Source of the DNA: Candidatus Multivoradales bacterium
GTDB lineage: Bacteria > Acidobacteriota > Thermoanaerobaculia > Multivoradales > Multivoraceae
DNA length: 64,000 bases
Direction: 5' to 3'
Assembly (NCBI GenBank): GCA_965223325.1
Contig: CBDCWI010000002.1
Span: 2,336,001 to 2,400,000, forward strand
A model generated the notes under the pieces. That model had not been told where the DNA came from, did no database searches, and worked only from the letters and a program-made list of their open reading frames with translations. The translations under genes were made by a program, and so were the position numbers. Positions 30,396 through 40,790 of this stretch are shown here, piece by piece. Each line of letters begins with the position of its first letter. Positions within the stretch are counted from its first letter, which is position 1.

Positions 30396-31910
30396 CTAGC
30401 GAACTCCGTGCGTCATCCTGTTGATCAGCGGAGAGAGAACCAGGAACACCAGGCCCGAAACGATCGCCACCATCGCAACGGTGCTAAAGAGCTGCGACAC
30501 CGGCATCGACTCGATCCGGGCACCGACCAGGCCAGCGATCAGGTTGCCCAGGGCGGCGCCCATGAACCAGGTCCCCATCATCTGGCCCACCAGGCGTTCC
30601 GGTGCCAACTTGGTCATCGAACTCAGTCCCACCGGGCTCAAACAAAGCTCGCCGACCGTGTGGAAGAAGTACGTCACCACCAACCACCTCATGCCGACCA
30701 GAGGAATCGAGCCGTCGGCGTTCGGAGTCGGTGCGCCCCAGGCGAGAACCAGGAAGCCAACGCCGAGCAGCACCAGTCCGAGAAAGAACTTCACCGGAAT
30801 CGAAGGGTTGCGCTTGCCGAGCCACACCCAGAGACTTCCGATCACCGGCGAGAGGAGAATGATCAGCATCGAGTTGACGTTCTGCACCGAGCCGGCCGGA
30901 ACTTCAAAGCTGCCCACCATACGATCGGTGAAGTCGCGCGCGAACAGAGTCATCGAGGAGCCGGCCTGCTCGAAGCCCGACCAGAACAGCGCCGCGCCGA
31001 GAAACAAGAGCGCACAGACCGCAACCCGACCGCGCTCCACCTTGTCGCGACACACGAAGGCGATCACATAGGCAAAGTAGACCAGCGACAGGGCCGTAAC
31101 GATGTAGCCCGTCAGGTCAACGAACCCCAGCGGCCCGCCCTCGGGCGCCTGCATGAAGAGCAACCGGCCACTCGAGACCAACCACCAAACAAGAGCCGCC
31201 AGCGCCACAAACACTCCAACACCAGCCATCAGCTGGCGCCAACCGGTCGCGATGCGCTGCGGGTCGTTCTCAGAGTCCGCCAGGTCACCGGCACCCTCCA
31301 GCTGGCGCTGCCCGTACCAGTACTGAATCACGCCCAGGGTCATACCAATCGCCGCCGCACCGAAGCCCAGGTGCCAGTCGTACTTCTCGCCCAGAAAAGG
31401 GCAGATCAACTGACCGAGGAACGCACCGAGGTTGATGCCCGAGTAGAAGATGCCAAACCCCGCGTCGCGCCGCGCGCCACCCTCGGGGTAGAGATCGCCA
31501 ACGATCGCACTGACGTTCGGCTTCAAGAGCCCGGTTCCCACCGTGACCAGAAACAAACCAGCGAAGAACGTCGACTGGCTGTTGATGAACAGGCAGTAGT
31601 GGCCCAGGGCGATGACGATTCCGCCCCACAGCACCGCCTTCTTCTTGCCGATCAAGCGATCCGCCACCCAGCCGCCAGGCAAAGCCAGGGCATAAACGCC
31701 AAAGGTATAGAGCCCATAAACCGCCGACGCCATCGGCACGCCCATGCCAAAGCCGCCGTTGGCGACCGCATCTGTCATGAAGAGCACCAGGAGCGCGCGC
31801 ATACCGTAGTAGCTGAAGCGCTCCCACATCTCAGTAAAGAAGAGTGTCGACAGCCCACGGGGATGCCCCATGAACTGTTGTCCAGACGGAATCGGATCAG
31901 CTGTGCTCAT
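30396..31910 (-). CDS. POT/PTR family di/tripeptide:H+ symporter (MFS)
   Basis: GHPRGL...EMWERFSYYGMRA, GTGLLKPN, FYSGINLG, GELCLSPVGLS. Confidence 0.93.
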   Translation of the reverse strand: MSTADPIPSGQQFMGHPRGLSTLFFTEMWERFSYYGMRALLVLFMTDAVANGGFGMGVPMASAVYGLYTFGVYALALPGGWVADRLIGKKKAVLWGGIVIALGHYCLFINSQSTFFAGLFLVTVGTGLLKPNVSAIVGDLYPEGGARRDAGFGIFYSGINLGAFLGQLICPFLGEKYDWHLGFGAAAIGMTLGVIQYWYGQRQLEGAGDLADSENDPQRIATGWRQLMAGVGVFVALAALVWWLVSSGRLLFMQAPEGGPLGFVDLTGYIVTALSLVYFAYVIAFVCRDKVERGRVAVCALLFLGAALFWSGFEQAGSSMTLFARDFTDRMVGSFEVPAGSVQNVNSMLIILLSPVIGSLWVWLGKRNPSIPVKFFLGLVLLGVGFLVLAWGAPTPNADGSIPLVGMRWLVVTYFFHTVGELCLSPVGLSSMTKLAPERLVGQMMGTWFMGAALGNLIAGLVGARIESMPVSQLFSTVAMVAIVSGLVFLVLSPLINRMTHGVR

Positions 31911-32091
31911 GACGGCTCCAAACTTCAGGTATTGGGCGGAAAGTCAGGCGATTCCAGAAGACCCGGCACCCACCAGGCCCTCGAGAGCAACCAGAACCCG
32001 CGTTCACAAATGGCTTCTGAGGATTCCGGCGAGTCTATCCCCCGCACTACCCAATCCCCCAAAACCCGCCCCAATCGACCCAGCCACCCGC

Positions 32092-32120
32092 TTGACCCCG
32101 GAACAGCCACGGGCTATGTT
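32092..32120 (+). promoter_or_regulatory. Probable sigma-70 promoter for tRNA-Pro
   Basis: TTGACC-17 nt-TATGTT, 27 nt upstream of the tRNA. Confidence 0.6.
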
Positions 32121-32147
32121 TCGCCATTCGCGATCCGCAGGAGAATT

Positions 32148-32225
<78 letters not shown>

Positions 32226-32287
32226 CAAACCCGTTGGCATCTCCCCAGGGCCCAAGAAGCCCTCCGCAAGTGACCTTCGGGCACAGA

Positions 32288-32587
32288 CCAATCCCGAAAA
32301 GATCGCCCCGACGAGCACCGCCCTACCCCCTCACCAAACGTCGACGGTCAACCCAGTCCCAAGCTGAGGAGCGGCGAGCGCAGGGCCGAGGGTGCTCTTT
32401 CCGGCCGCACTAGAAGGCCCACGGCAGTCAACAAAAGACAAGCGGCCGGAACGCTATGCCTCTATCGAGGCCAGCGGGCGGCGCCACCCAGCCGCAGGAA
32501 CAAGAAGCGACGCCGTGCCCGGAGGCCGGGCGCCCGCCGTTCACCAGCGGCGCCGTCCCCAACCTCAACAGTCCAGCAAGGCCACCA
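32288..32587. repeat. Structured intergenic element, family A, copy 2
   Basis: Direct repeat with 32609-32907; stem ttccggccgc/gcggccggaa; inverted, diverged homolog of 118-330. Confidence 0.85.
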
Positions 32588-32608
32588 ACCAACGCACGCA
32601 CTGACACT

Positions 32609-32907
32609 CCAATCCCGAAAAGATCGCAACGACAAGCACCGCCCCACCCCCTCACCAAACGTCGACGGTCAACCGGTCCCAAGCTGGGGAGCGGCGGGCG
32701 CAGGGCCGAGGGTGCTCTTTCCGGCCGCACTAGAAGAACCAAGGCAGTCAAACAACGATAGGCGGCCGGAAAGCTATGCCTCTATCGAGGCCAGCGGGCG
32801 GCGCCAGCCAGCCGCAGGAACAAGAAGCGACGCCGTGCCCGGAGGCCAGGCGCCCGTCGTTCACCAGCGGCGCCGTCCCCAACCTCAACAGTCCAGCAAG
32901 GCCACCA
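32609..32907. repeat. Structured intergenic element, family A, copy 3
   Basis: Tandem copy of 32288-32587, period about 321 bp. Confidence 0.85.
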
Positions 32908-32929
32908 CCAAGCCGCGAAGAAAGGAAAG

Positions 32930-33805
32930 CTACTCCGCTTCCGACTCGGGCGCTTCCGACTCGGACGCTTCCGAATCGGACACCTCCGAAGACTCCGAAG
33001 AAGCACCATCACCACAGCCATCAAGCTCATCCCCAGCCTTGACCTCAACCAAAACGACCGTCACGTTATCCAACCCTCCGCGGTCGTTCGCGGCATCAAT
33101 CAACTCCTGGCAGATCTGATCAAGCGGCAAGTCCTTCTTCATGTAGCGCTCGATCTCATCGTCTTCGAGCATCGTCGTCAGACCATCGCTACACACCAGG
33201 TACACATCACCGGCCCGCAGCTCGAGCTCGGCAAGGTCGACCAGGACCTCCTTCTCGCTGCCCAGCGCCCGCGTCACGACGTTCTTGAGCGGGTGTACGC
33301 GAGCCTGCTCAGCGGACAGGTAACCCGCCACCACCTGCTCGTTGACCCAGGTGTGGTCCTGGGTGAGCAACTCAAACGCACCGTCGCGGAGGCGGTAGGC
33401 ACGGCTGTCGCCAACATGCGCTAGCGCCGCGATGTCACCGTCGACATAGAGACCCACCACCGTCGTCCCCATGCCGTGCAGCTCGTGATCCTGGATGATC
33501 GCCTGCAGGACCTGCTGATGGGCAGTGCGCACCGCGTTACGCAGGCGGTTCGAGTGCTTCTGAAACTCCGGTTCGCTGCGGTACTTGTCGTATCGCGGGT
33601 CGTCTGCCGTCTCGCTGATGAAGTCGCGAATCGCGTCGACGGCGATCCGCGAAGCGACCTCACCATGGCTGTGACCGCCCATGCCGTCAGCGACGATAAA
33701 GAGCTGCGCCTCCGAGTCGATCTCGAAGCAGTCTTCATTGTGCTTGCGAGTCATTCCCGTATGGGTCAGACCCGAAGACTCTACGATGATCCCATTCTTC
33801 GCCAC
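32930..33805 (-). CDS. PP2C/Stp1-family Ser/Thr phosphatase
   Basis: RKHNED, VADGMGGH, GMGTT, HVGDSRAY, CSDGL, GGLDNVT. Confidence 0.93.
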   Translation of the reverse strand: MAKNGIIVESSGLTHTGMTRKHNEDCFEIDSEAQLFIVADGMGGHSHGEVASRIAVDAIRDFISETADDPRYDKYRSEPEFQKHSNRLRNAVRTAHQQVLQAIIQDHELHGMGTTVVGLYVDGDIAALAHVGDSRAYRLRDGAFELLTQDHTWVNEQVVAGYLSAEQARVHPLKNVVTRALGSEKEVLVDLAELELRAGDVYLVCSDGLTTMLEDDEIERYMKKDLPLDQICQELIDAANDRGGLDNVTVVLVEVKAGDELDGCGDGASSESSEVSDSEASESEAPESEAE

Positions 33806-33809
33806 TTCT

Positions 33810-34424
33810 CTACCTATCCTTCTCGAGCTGCTGGAGCGCTTCTTCGACCTTCGGGTCTGGATCGCCCCACTGCAAGGCAGTCCGATAGTAGCGCTCCGCA
33901 CGAATCGACATACCGGCGGCTGCGAACATCCGGCCGGCGAGCTTGTTGTAATCGGGGTTCATCGTCTCGATCTCGCAGGCTTCGGCGATCGCCTTCAGGC
34001 CGCGGCTGCGCCAACGAGGATTCTGTGAACAGGTCAAGGCGAGGTAGTACCAGGCCTGCGCGTTCTTGGCGTCCTGTTGGGTTGCGCGGTCGAAGTTCTC
34101 AGCCGCCTGGACGAACTGGCGCTGCTTGTACGCCTTGACGCCACGCGACAGGTAGACCTTGGCGAGCTCCTCGGGCACTGGGCCCTGCGTCGGCCCGGAG
34201 TCGGGTGACTGCAGCTCCATATCGTGCAGGCGCCGGCGCTCGGGATTGAAGAGCACATTGAAGGCCTCGGTGATCCCCTGGAAGACTTCCTCGGCCTCGG
34301 CCTTGTCTTCGCCCTGGAAAAGATCGGGGTGGCGCTCGCGCGCCAACTGCAGAAAACGCGCGCGAATGTCTGCTCGTGAGGCGTTGCGATCGACCTCGAG
34401 TACCGAGTAGTAGTCACGCGGCAT
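33810..34424 (-). CDS. DnaJ-domain plus TPR protein
   Basis: DYYSVL...HPD...EAFNVL J domain followed by TPR helices. Confidence 0.85.
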   Translation of the reverse strand: MPRDYYSVLEVDRNASRADIRARFLQLARERHPDLFQGEDKAEAEEVFQGITEAFNVLFNPERRRLHDMELQSPDSGPTQGPVPEELAKVYLSRGVKAYKQRQFVQAAENFDRATQQDAKNAQAWYYLALTCSQNPRWRSRGLKAIAEACEIETMNPDYNKLAGRMFAAAGMSIRAERYYRTALQWGDPDPKVEEALQQLEKDR

Positions 34425-34486
34425 GGCTCAACCCGCGCCTCCGCAAGAAGGACTGTCGTCCGCAGTCGTTGTCGCTCAACACGTCG

Positions 34487-35620
34487 CTAGCCTCGCTTTG
34501 CCGTTGCGAGTCGTTTGGCCTGCTTACGTACCGCGTCGGCCACGTTGCGATCACGCGTCAGCTGCGTGAGATCTCGCATCGACAGTCGTGGAATCTGGCG
34601 CATGGCAATCGGAATCGGGGTTCGTGGGTTGCGAACCAGGTTGTGCATCACCGAGTACTTACGAATCCACTCACGGTTCTGGGAGATCTTCATCAACACT
34701 TCTTCACACACCGTGCGACTCGCAGACACCTTCTCGATCTCGGACTCGGTCACTGCAGAGGCTCCGAGCACTGCAACTGCAACGTTCGGGTTGGGGTCTC
34801 GCAGGAGGATCCCACGAAGTGAGCGGCCAGCGCCACGGGCGAGCTTTTGCCGCAGCGGCGGCGGCAGTGCCTTGATCTGCGCCTCAGTGAGCGACGCCAC
34901 GTCGAGTTCCGCCTCCTCGCCCTCTTCGACGTCCGAAGCGATCGCCGCCTCGATGTCGGCCTGCTCCATTGGGGTCCCGGCAGCAGCCAGCGCCGCTGCC
35001 ACTTCGGCGACAACCGAATCGTCTCCCTCGCCGGCGGCCTCGACTTCGGCGGGGGCGTCACCGTCGGCATCGGGTGCGACCTGCTCCTTGGACTCGAGGG
35101 GGTCATCGACGCGGACCAGGTGGCGCCGGTACTCCGCCACGCGACGCACGGCAAACGAACTGAGCGAGGGGTTCTCCTCGATCGCGTCGAGCAGCTCCGG
35201 GTTCTCGACGATCAGGTCCTGGCGCAGCAGGAGGATCTCCTGCATGGCCTCAGAAAGGGTCGGCGCGATCTCTGCCGCCAGTTCAACTGGAAAATCGCGA
35301 CGCTGGATGAGGATCTCGAGAAGGGTTGGGTCTTTTGAGTTGCGCGCAAACCACGAAACCGTTCCGATGCTCGCGTCCTTCCTGAAGAAGCCTTGCATCG
35401 AAAGAGCATCGACGCCCGCGAGTGACGTCGACGCGGCTTCCGCCACGCTTTCGTCCTCGTGCGTCGTGAGCTGGACCTGCAGGTTGATCAGCTCGTCCTG
35501 GGGCAACGGCAGGATCCCCTGCGCCGCCAGGTGCACCAGGCGGGGCTTGGCGCCGCTCAACACCTGGGCAACCAGCGGGTGAACTGCGGGGCCGGTCTCG
35601 GTGGGTGAGGTCGACTCCAT
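34487..35620 (-). CDS. Conserved hypothetical helical-repeat protein
   Basis: Long ORF in operon; C-terminal KLA..G....R.IL.RD...LVRNPRTP pattern. Confidence 0.7.
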   Translation of the reverse strand: MESTSPTETGPAVHPLVAQVLSGAKPRLVHLAAQGILPLPQDELINLQVQLTTHEDESVAEAASTSLAGVDALSMQGFFRKDASIGTVSWFARNSKDPTLLEILIQRRDFPVELAAEIAPTLSEAMQEILLLRQDLIVENPELLDAIEENPSLSSFAVRRVAEYRRHLVRVDDPLESKEQVAPDADGDAPAEVEAAGEGDDSVVAEVAAALAAAGTPMEQADIEAAIASDVEEGEEAELDVASLTEAQIKALPPPLRQKLARGAGRSLRGILLRDPNPNVAVAVLGASAVTESEIEKVSASRTVCEEVLMKISQNREWIRKYSVMHNLVRNPRTPIPIAMRQIPRLSMRDLTQLTRDRNVADAVRKQAKRLATAKRG

Positions 35621-36474
35621 CAGGAAGGACCGTCCGGCGCTCTGACCGCAGCCTGCTCGAGCTGGCTCAACAGCTCCCGGTTGACGATGAACTCTTCACC
35701 GTTCTTGACCGGCGGCCGATAGGCGACGCCGTTGATCTCGACCGCCGCGCCGGCGAGATTCTGCAGCGCCAGGCGAACCTCGTTCTGCGCCTCGAAGCGC
35801 AGCGACTCACCCTGTACGCGCAGTTCAGAGCGCACCCGCTCGCCATCGACATACGCCTCTACCCAGCAACTCTGCGTGAAGTCGACTGTGACGGCGATCG
35901 GCAAGGGCGCGGCAACGTCCGCCGGCTCGGCGGCGGCGCCGGTCGTCGCATTAGCGGCAGTCGCAGTCGCTTCTCCGGAAAGGGCTTCTCCGCCGAGGGC
36001 ACTTTGCCTGGCGGGTGGGGCCATCGGCGGCACGGATGCCGCATCATCCTGAGAGCGATCGAGGTACCAGTTCAAGCCACCCACGGCGGCAAAAACCACG
36101 ATCGCCAGACCGGTCAGAATCAGCGCCCAGGGCGGCGACGGGACCGGCGGTGCTTCGGGAACCTGGTCGACTTCCGTCTCGCCGGCCTCACCGGCAACCG
36201 CGGCCAAGTAGTAGTTGACCACCTCGTCGGTATCGAGGCCAACAAAGCTCGCGTACTCACGCAGAAAGCCCTTGGCAAAAACCGGCGCCGGCAAGACCTC
36301 GAAGCGGTCCTGCTCCAGAGCCTCGAGGTAGCGCAGGCTGATCTTCGTCGAGTCGGCGATCTCACGCAGACCGATCTCACGAATCTCCCTCTGCCGCCGC
36401 AACCAGATACCGAAGGAATCGTCTGGATTGATGGCGTTGGGGAATGGGCGGGATGGTTTCAACACTTCAGCCAA
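35620..36474 (-). CDS. RodZ-like HTH membrane protein
   Basis: FG.WLRRQRE...TKISLRYLEALE...FAKGFLREYA, a TM helix, and a C-terminal CWVE..VDG (DUF4115-like) domain. Confidence 0.85.
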   Translation of the reverse strand: MAEVLKPSRPFPNAINPDDSFGIWLRRQREIREIGLREIADSTKISLRYLEALEQDRFEVLPAPVFAKGFLREYASFVGLDTDEVVNYYLAAVAGEAGETEVDQVPEAPPVPSPPWALILTGLAIVVFAAVGGLNWYLDRSQDDAASVPPMAPPARQSALGGEALSGEATATAANATTGAAAEPADVAAPLPIAVTVDFTQSCWVEAYVDGERVRSELRVQGESLRFEAQNEVRLALQNLAGAAVEINGVAYRPPVKNGEEFIVNRELLSQLEQAAVRAPDGPS

Positions 36475-36557
36475 GGCAATCTCCGAGCCACAGTAGTGTA
36501 CCTAGAGAGGGTGGAGATTTTCTAGTTTCGGGCCCTGAAATCCTTGATTTCTCGCGT

Positions 36558-37334
36558 TCAGCTTCCGCTCCGCGGCGGTCGCGCCAGTTGGGCCGCGCGC
36601 TGCTTCACCGGGGTGCGTAGAGTTCGGTCACGCGCCAGGGACTCGAGGTCGCCCCGGCGGAGGCCGCTCAAGAGATAGAGCGCGTTGTGAATGGGAGTCC
36701 TGGGGTTCCGACACAGTTGCAGCTTCAGATCGTACCGGACCCCCCACTTCGATGACGATGCCAACATCCCGAGGAGTTCGCTGGCCGTCGACGTGCTGCG
36801 AGCAACCGGCATCAACAGACCCACCGTCAAGCGTGGGTTCTGGAGCAGGGCCTCGAAGACGCGCGGGTGCGGCTCGTGACGCAGGTAGCGCAACGCCGCA
36901 TCGCCAGCGCTGCGCGCGAGGGTGATCTTCTCGCCCAGACTCAGCCCCGGCAGGCGATTGCAGAGCGCGTTCTCGGCATGCCGTCGAATGAGTGGTGGCA
37001 CCGAGACGTCGCGACCGAGGCGGGCGAGATCAGTCCAGCGGAGTGTCGCCAGAAAGCGCATCGCCACCGCCTGCGGCGCCAGTCGATGGGCGGCGACATC
37101 GCGCCGCCACTCATAGTCCGTCGCCAGGCGCTCCTCGGCGATCAGGAGTCGTAGCGTCTCGAGCGTCAGATAGGGATGGCGCAGCACCTGACGCGCCAGG
37201 CCCGCGTCGATCCGCTCGAGCTCCTCCTCGACCAGACTCGGGAGCTCCTCCGGCCCCGCCTCGAGGAGCGCGCGCGCCAGACCGTCCCGTCCTTCTCCAG
37301 GCGGTTCTGCTCCCGGTGGTGTTGGTGTCGTCAT
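36558..37334 (-). CDS. Conserved hypothetical helical-repeat protein
   Basis: LSLGEKITLAR, ALLQNPRLT, LCRNPRTP; similar to the C-terminal half of 34487-35620. Confidence 0.7.
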   Translation of the reverse strand: MTTPTPPGAEPPGEGRDGLARALLEAGPEELPSLVEEELERIDAGLARQVLRHPYLTLETLRLLIAEERLATDYEWRRDVAAHRLAPQAVAMRFLATLRWTDLARLGRDVSVPPLIRRHAENALCNRLPGLSLGEKITLARSAGDAALRYLRHEPHPRVFEALLQNPRLTVGLLMPVARSTSTASELLGMLASSSKWGVRYDLKLQLCRNPRTPIHNALYLLSGLRRGDLESLARDRTLRTPVKQRAAQLARPPRSGS

Positions 37335-37488
37335 CTGCAGTCTCAGGGCGTCTCAGAAGGCCGAACTCTCCGGCACCGAAGAATTCTCTGCTATCTTGCC
37401 TGCTCGCCCAACTGAATCGCGGCCCTCGGGCCGTTCGCATCGTGCCCGCCTGGGACAGAAGGCCGGCGGACCCCTTTTGGAGAGATGA

Positions 37489-39555
37489 ATGAGGCTTCCG
37501 ACAGAGATACGGGAGGCGCTCGCCGATGGCGAGATCGACCTGGTCGAGTCGGCCTGGATTGAACGCGCCGAGATCAAACCCTACGATCTGCAGTGGTTCA
37601 ACCCAGTCGCCAAAGCGTTGATTGACCGCAACGAGGAGCCTCTCGCGCGCACGCTGCTCGAACTGCTCGACGATCAGCTGCAGACGGGGCGCTACTGGAA
37701 CGAGCGTCTCGACCTCATCCGCGAACACGGCAAGCACTGGATCAAGACCGGCCACATCTTCGAAACGGTGATGGAGTCGGTTCGCAACCTCTACTCCGAA
37801 CAACCCGAGAAGCTCGACCAGGTTCTTGGCATCGTTGGACTCGACGGCGAACGAGACGACACACCCAAGCTCTGGGACAAGATCGAGCGCACCCGCAACC
37901 TTTTCGCCTACACGCCCGGCACCATCGTCTATATGGAAGGCAAGGGCGTTGGCCGCGTCGAATCCGTCAACCTCGCCCTGGCAACCCTCAAGGTCGACTT
38001 CGAAAAGGTCAAGAACCTCTCCGTCGGCTTCCGCGCTGCCGGAACCATGCTCGAGCCGCTGCCGGAGGGTCACGTCCTGCGACGCAAGATCGAGGAGCCC
38101 GAGACCCTCTCGTCCCTCGACCCGGCGGAGCTCCTGCGCACCGTCATGGCGAGCTACGAACGGGCGCTAACAGCCGCCGAGGTGCGTGAAGCGGTCTCTG
38201 GCCTGGTCCCCGAGAAGAAATGGAGCAGTTGGTGGACGGCAGCCCGCAAGCACCCACAGGTCGTCGTCGAGAGTGGGAAGAAGCAGGCGTACCGCTGGGC
38301 CGAATCGGCAACCCATGCCGAAGACGCTCTCTGGGCTGAGTTCGAGAAGGCCAAGCCCAAGACCCGCCTCGACCTACTGCGTCGCGCCAGCAATCAAGAT
38401 GCAGAGCTGCGCGCCCGCATGGCTGGCGTCATGGAGCAGGACGGCAAGAAACTGGCGACCAGCGACCCGGCCCTGGCGTTCGAAACCTGGCAGGCACTCG
38501 ACCGCATCGGTCACTCCCCCAGCGAGTGGACGCCTGCCACCCTGGTCAAACAGAAGGGCAAACCGCCGCACCTGTGGATCTCTAGACTCGGAACGCGCTC
38601 GCTGCGCGAGCTGGCCTACCGCGAAACGCGCAACGAGCGCGAGGACTGGGCCAACAGCCTCGAGTCAGCGTTCCTGCGCGAGGAAGACCCCAAGGCTCTG
38701 GAAGTCCTACTCGACCTGCTCGCCGAGGACAGTCCCGAGGCACGTCAGCGCGTTCTCGATCAAGCGGTGAGTCAACCGCGCAAGACGCCGGCACAGTTCA
38801 CCTTCGTCGCCGAACGAGCGGCGAACGATGAGGAGTTACGTGACCGCCGCGGGTTGCGCCTGCTCAAGCAGATCCTCACCTCGCTGTCTGATCCCAACTT
38901 CGACTCGTTTCACGGCCGGCTGGGGGTCCTCTGCGATACCGGAGGCACCGTTCCGCGCCTCCTCGGTCACCTCACACCCGAACAGGCTGCCGACGCCGAG
39001 AAGGCCTTCGAAGAGGCCAACGGCCTCGAGGACTACCGGCGGGCGCCGCTGCTCGAGGCGATTCGCCTGCGCTTCCCGACCCTGCGGCGACAGGAAGAGT
39101 CGCCGCTCTATACGACCCAGGCCAACCTGGAAGCCAAACATGCAGAGCTCCAGGATCTGGCTGAGAAGGAGATTCCGGCCAACCGCAAAGCCATCGAGGT
39201 GGCGCGCGAAATGGGCGACCTGCGCGAGAACTTCGAATACAAAGCCGCCCGCCAGCGCCATGAGTACCTCACCGCACGCGCCACCGAACTTGCGCAGCAG
39301 ATCGAACGGGCGCTGGCCCTCGATCCCGAAACGATCGATACCGACCAGGTGCGGCCCGGGACCCGGGTGGACCTTTCTGCCGGCGACGAAACGCGCACGA
39401 TCACCATCCTCGGCCCGTGGGAGAGCGATCCCGAAAACGGCGTGATCTCTTTCGAGTCCGAGCTCGCCGAGGCGCTGATTGGCGGCAAGGTCGGCGACCA
39501 GGTCTCGGTCTCCGGAACCGAGATGACGATCGACTCGATCGAAGCCTGGGAATAG
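37489..39555 (+). CDS. GreA/GreB-family elongation factor with a ~530-aa N-terminal extension
   Basis: C-terminal AREMGDLRENFEYKAA...TILGPWESDP..GVISFES.LA.ALIG. Confidence 0.85.
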   Translation: MRLPTEIREALADGEIDLVESAWIERAEIKPYDLQWFNPVAKALIDRNEEPLARTLLELLDDQLQTGRYWNERLDLIREHGKHWIKTGHIFETVMESVRNLYSEQPEKLDQVLGIVGLDGERDDTPKLWDKIERTRNLFAYTPGTIVYMEGKGVGRVESVNLALATLKVDFEKVKNLSVGFRAAGTMLEPLPEGHVLRRKIEEPETLSSLDPAELLRTVMASYERALTAAEVREAVSGLVPEKKWSSWWTAARKHPQVVVESGKKQAYRWAESATHAEDALWAEFEKAKPKTRLDLLRRASNQDAELRARMAGVMEQDGKKLATSDPALAFETWQALDRIGHSPSEWTPATLVKQKGKPPHLWISRLGTRSLRELAYRETRNEREDWANSLESAFLREEDPKALEVLLDLLAEDSPEARQRVLDQAVSQPRKTPAQFTFVAERAANDEELRDRRGLRLLKQILTSLSDPNFDSFHGRLGVLCDTGGTVPRLLGHLTPEQAADAEKAFEEANGLEDYRRAPLLEAIRLRFPTLRRQEESPLYTTQANLEAKHAELQDLAEKEIPANRKAIEVAREMGDLRENFEYKAARQRHEYLTARATELAQQIERALALDPETIDTDQVRPGTRVDLSAGDETRTITILGPWESDPENGVISFESELAEALIGGKVGDQVSVSGTEMTIDSIEAWE

Positions 39556-39558
39556 GCC

Positions 39559-39990
39559 TCAGGGTTCGTCAGCCGGCGACGGCGTCACCACCGGAATGAT
39601 CTGGGGTTCGCCATCGGCGGGCGGAGCCTTGGTGCGGCTCATGGCGTGCGACACCAGGAAGACGATGGCCGCGAGCGCCAGGATGACTGCCAGCAGGCTC
39701 CATACCGCGGTCGTGCTGCCGAGGTAGCGGTTGCGCCGCTCCTCGAGCTTGCCGGCCAGACCTCGGTCCGGATCGTCGAGGCGGATCTGGCGTGCGACGC
39801 GACTGCGTAGTTCTTCGGGGAGCGGTGGACGGTCGAGGCCGCGTAGGCCTTCGACGACCGCGCGCAGCTCCTCGAGCCGGGCACGCGACTCCGGTGATCG
39901 CTCGAGTCGCTGTTCGAGGTCACGGCGGGCTGCCGGCGGCAGCTCGCGATCGAGATAAGCGGATAGTTCTTCGACTGTGATCGGCTTCAT
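39559..39990 (-). CDS. Anti-sigma factor (zf-HC2-like, metal ligands lost)
   Basis: LSAYLDREL...LE..L..S..SR..LEEL followed by a TM helix; downstream of an ECF sigma; alternative start at 40035. Confidence 0.75.
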   Translation of the reverse strand: MKPITVEELSAYLDRELPPAARRDLEQRLERSPESRARLEELRAVVEGLRGLDRPPLPEELRSRVARQIRLDDPDRGLAGKLEERRNRYLGSTTAVWSLLAVILALAAIVFLVSHAMSRTKAPPADGEPQIIPVVTPSPADEP

Positions 39991-40031
39991 GGTTCGAATG
40001 GTCTTGGGTTTACACGACGCGGAGCGCGCGC

Positions 40032-40655
40032 TCAAACGTCTCCTTGGGGCGAAGATGGCGACTCGCTTTGCTGTGCAATCAGGGCCTTCCTCAACTGCTC
40101 GCGACCGCGTGCAATGCGGCTACGCACGGTTCCGATACGGACCCGCAAAACCTCAGCGATCTCCTGATACGAGAGCTCATCGAGATCTCTCAGAATGACA
40201 GCTTCCCTGAAGACCCGGTCGACGCCGAGAAGAGCATGCGCCACCCGTGCCTTCGCATCCTGCGCCAGCACGCGCTCTTCGGGATCGCGACGCTCGTCGA
40301 CTGGAACCGCCGCCGCCTCGCGATCGAGCGAGTCGACATCGAGACGCTTGCGCGACAATCGCGTTCGACAGTGGTTGACACACACTCTGTAGACCCAGGT
40401 CTTGAGTTTGGAGCGACCCTGGAACTTCCCCAGGCTTTTGTGAATGCGAAGGAAGACTTCCTGGCTCAGGTCTTCGGCGCGTTCGGGTTTGCCCGACATG
40501 CGCAACGCAAGGTGGTACACCATCGGGGCGAACTCTTCGTAGACCTCGTCAAAAGCAGCCTGATCCCCGTACCGATGCCGCATCGCGACATCGCGTTCCC
40601 ACTCTTCGCTCGAGCGTTCGACGGTCGCACCGGCGACATGGGGCGCAGTTGTCAT
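40032..40655 (-). CDS. ECF RNA polymerase sigma-70 factor
   Basis: AEDLSQEVFLR, KTWVYR, LSYQEIAEVL....GTVRSRIARGR. Confidence 0.93.
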   Translation of the reverse strand: MTTAPHVAGATVERSSEEWERDVAMRHRYGDQAAFDEVYEEFAPMVYHLALRMSGKPERAEDLSQEVFLRIHKSLGKFQGRSKLKTWVYRVCVNHCRTRLSRKRLDVDSLDREAAAVPVDERRDPEERVLAQDAKARVAHALLGVDRVFREAVILRDLDELSYQEIAEVLRVRIGTVRSRIARGREQLRKALIAQQSESPSSPQGDV

Positions 40656-40790
40656 CTCAACGATTCGGTCATGGGTGGCTTCTCGGTCCTTCGCCCTCTA
40701 GTCGACTTCCGGAAACCGCCATTGGTTCCCGACATTCTCGCGAGAGCGCGTAAACCTCGATAGAAGGAACGATTTGGGGCCCCAGCCCCT

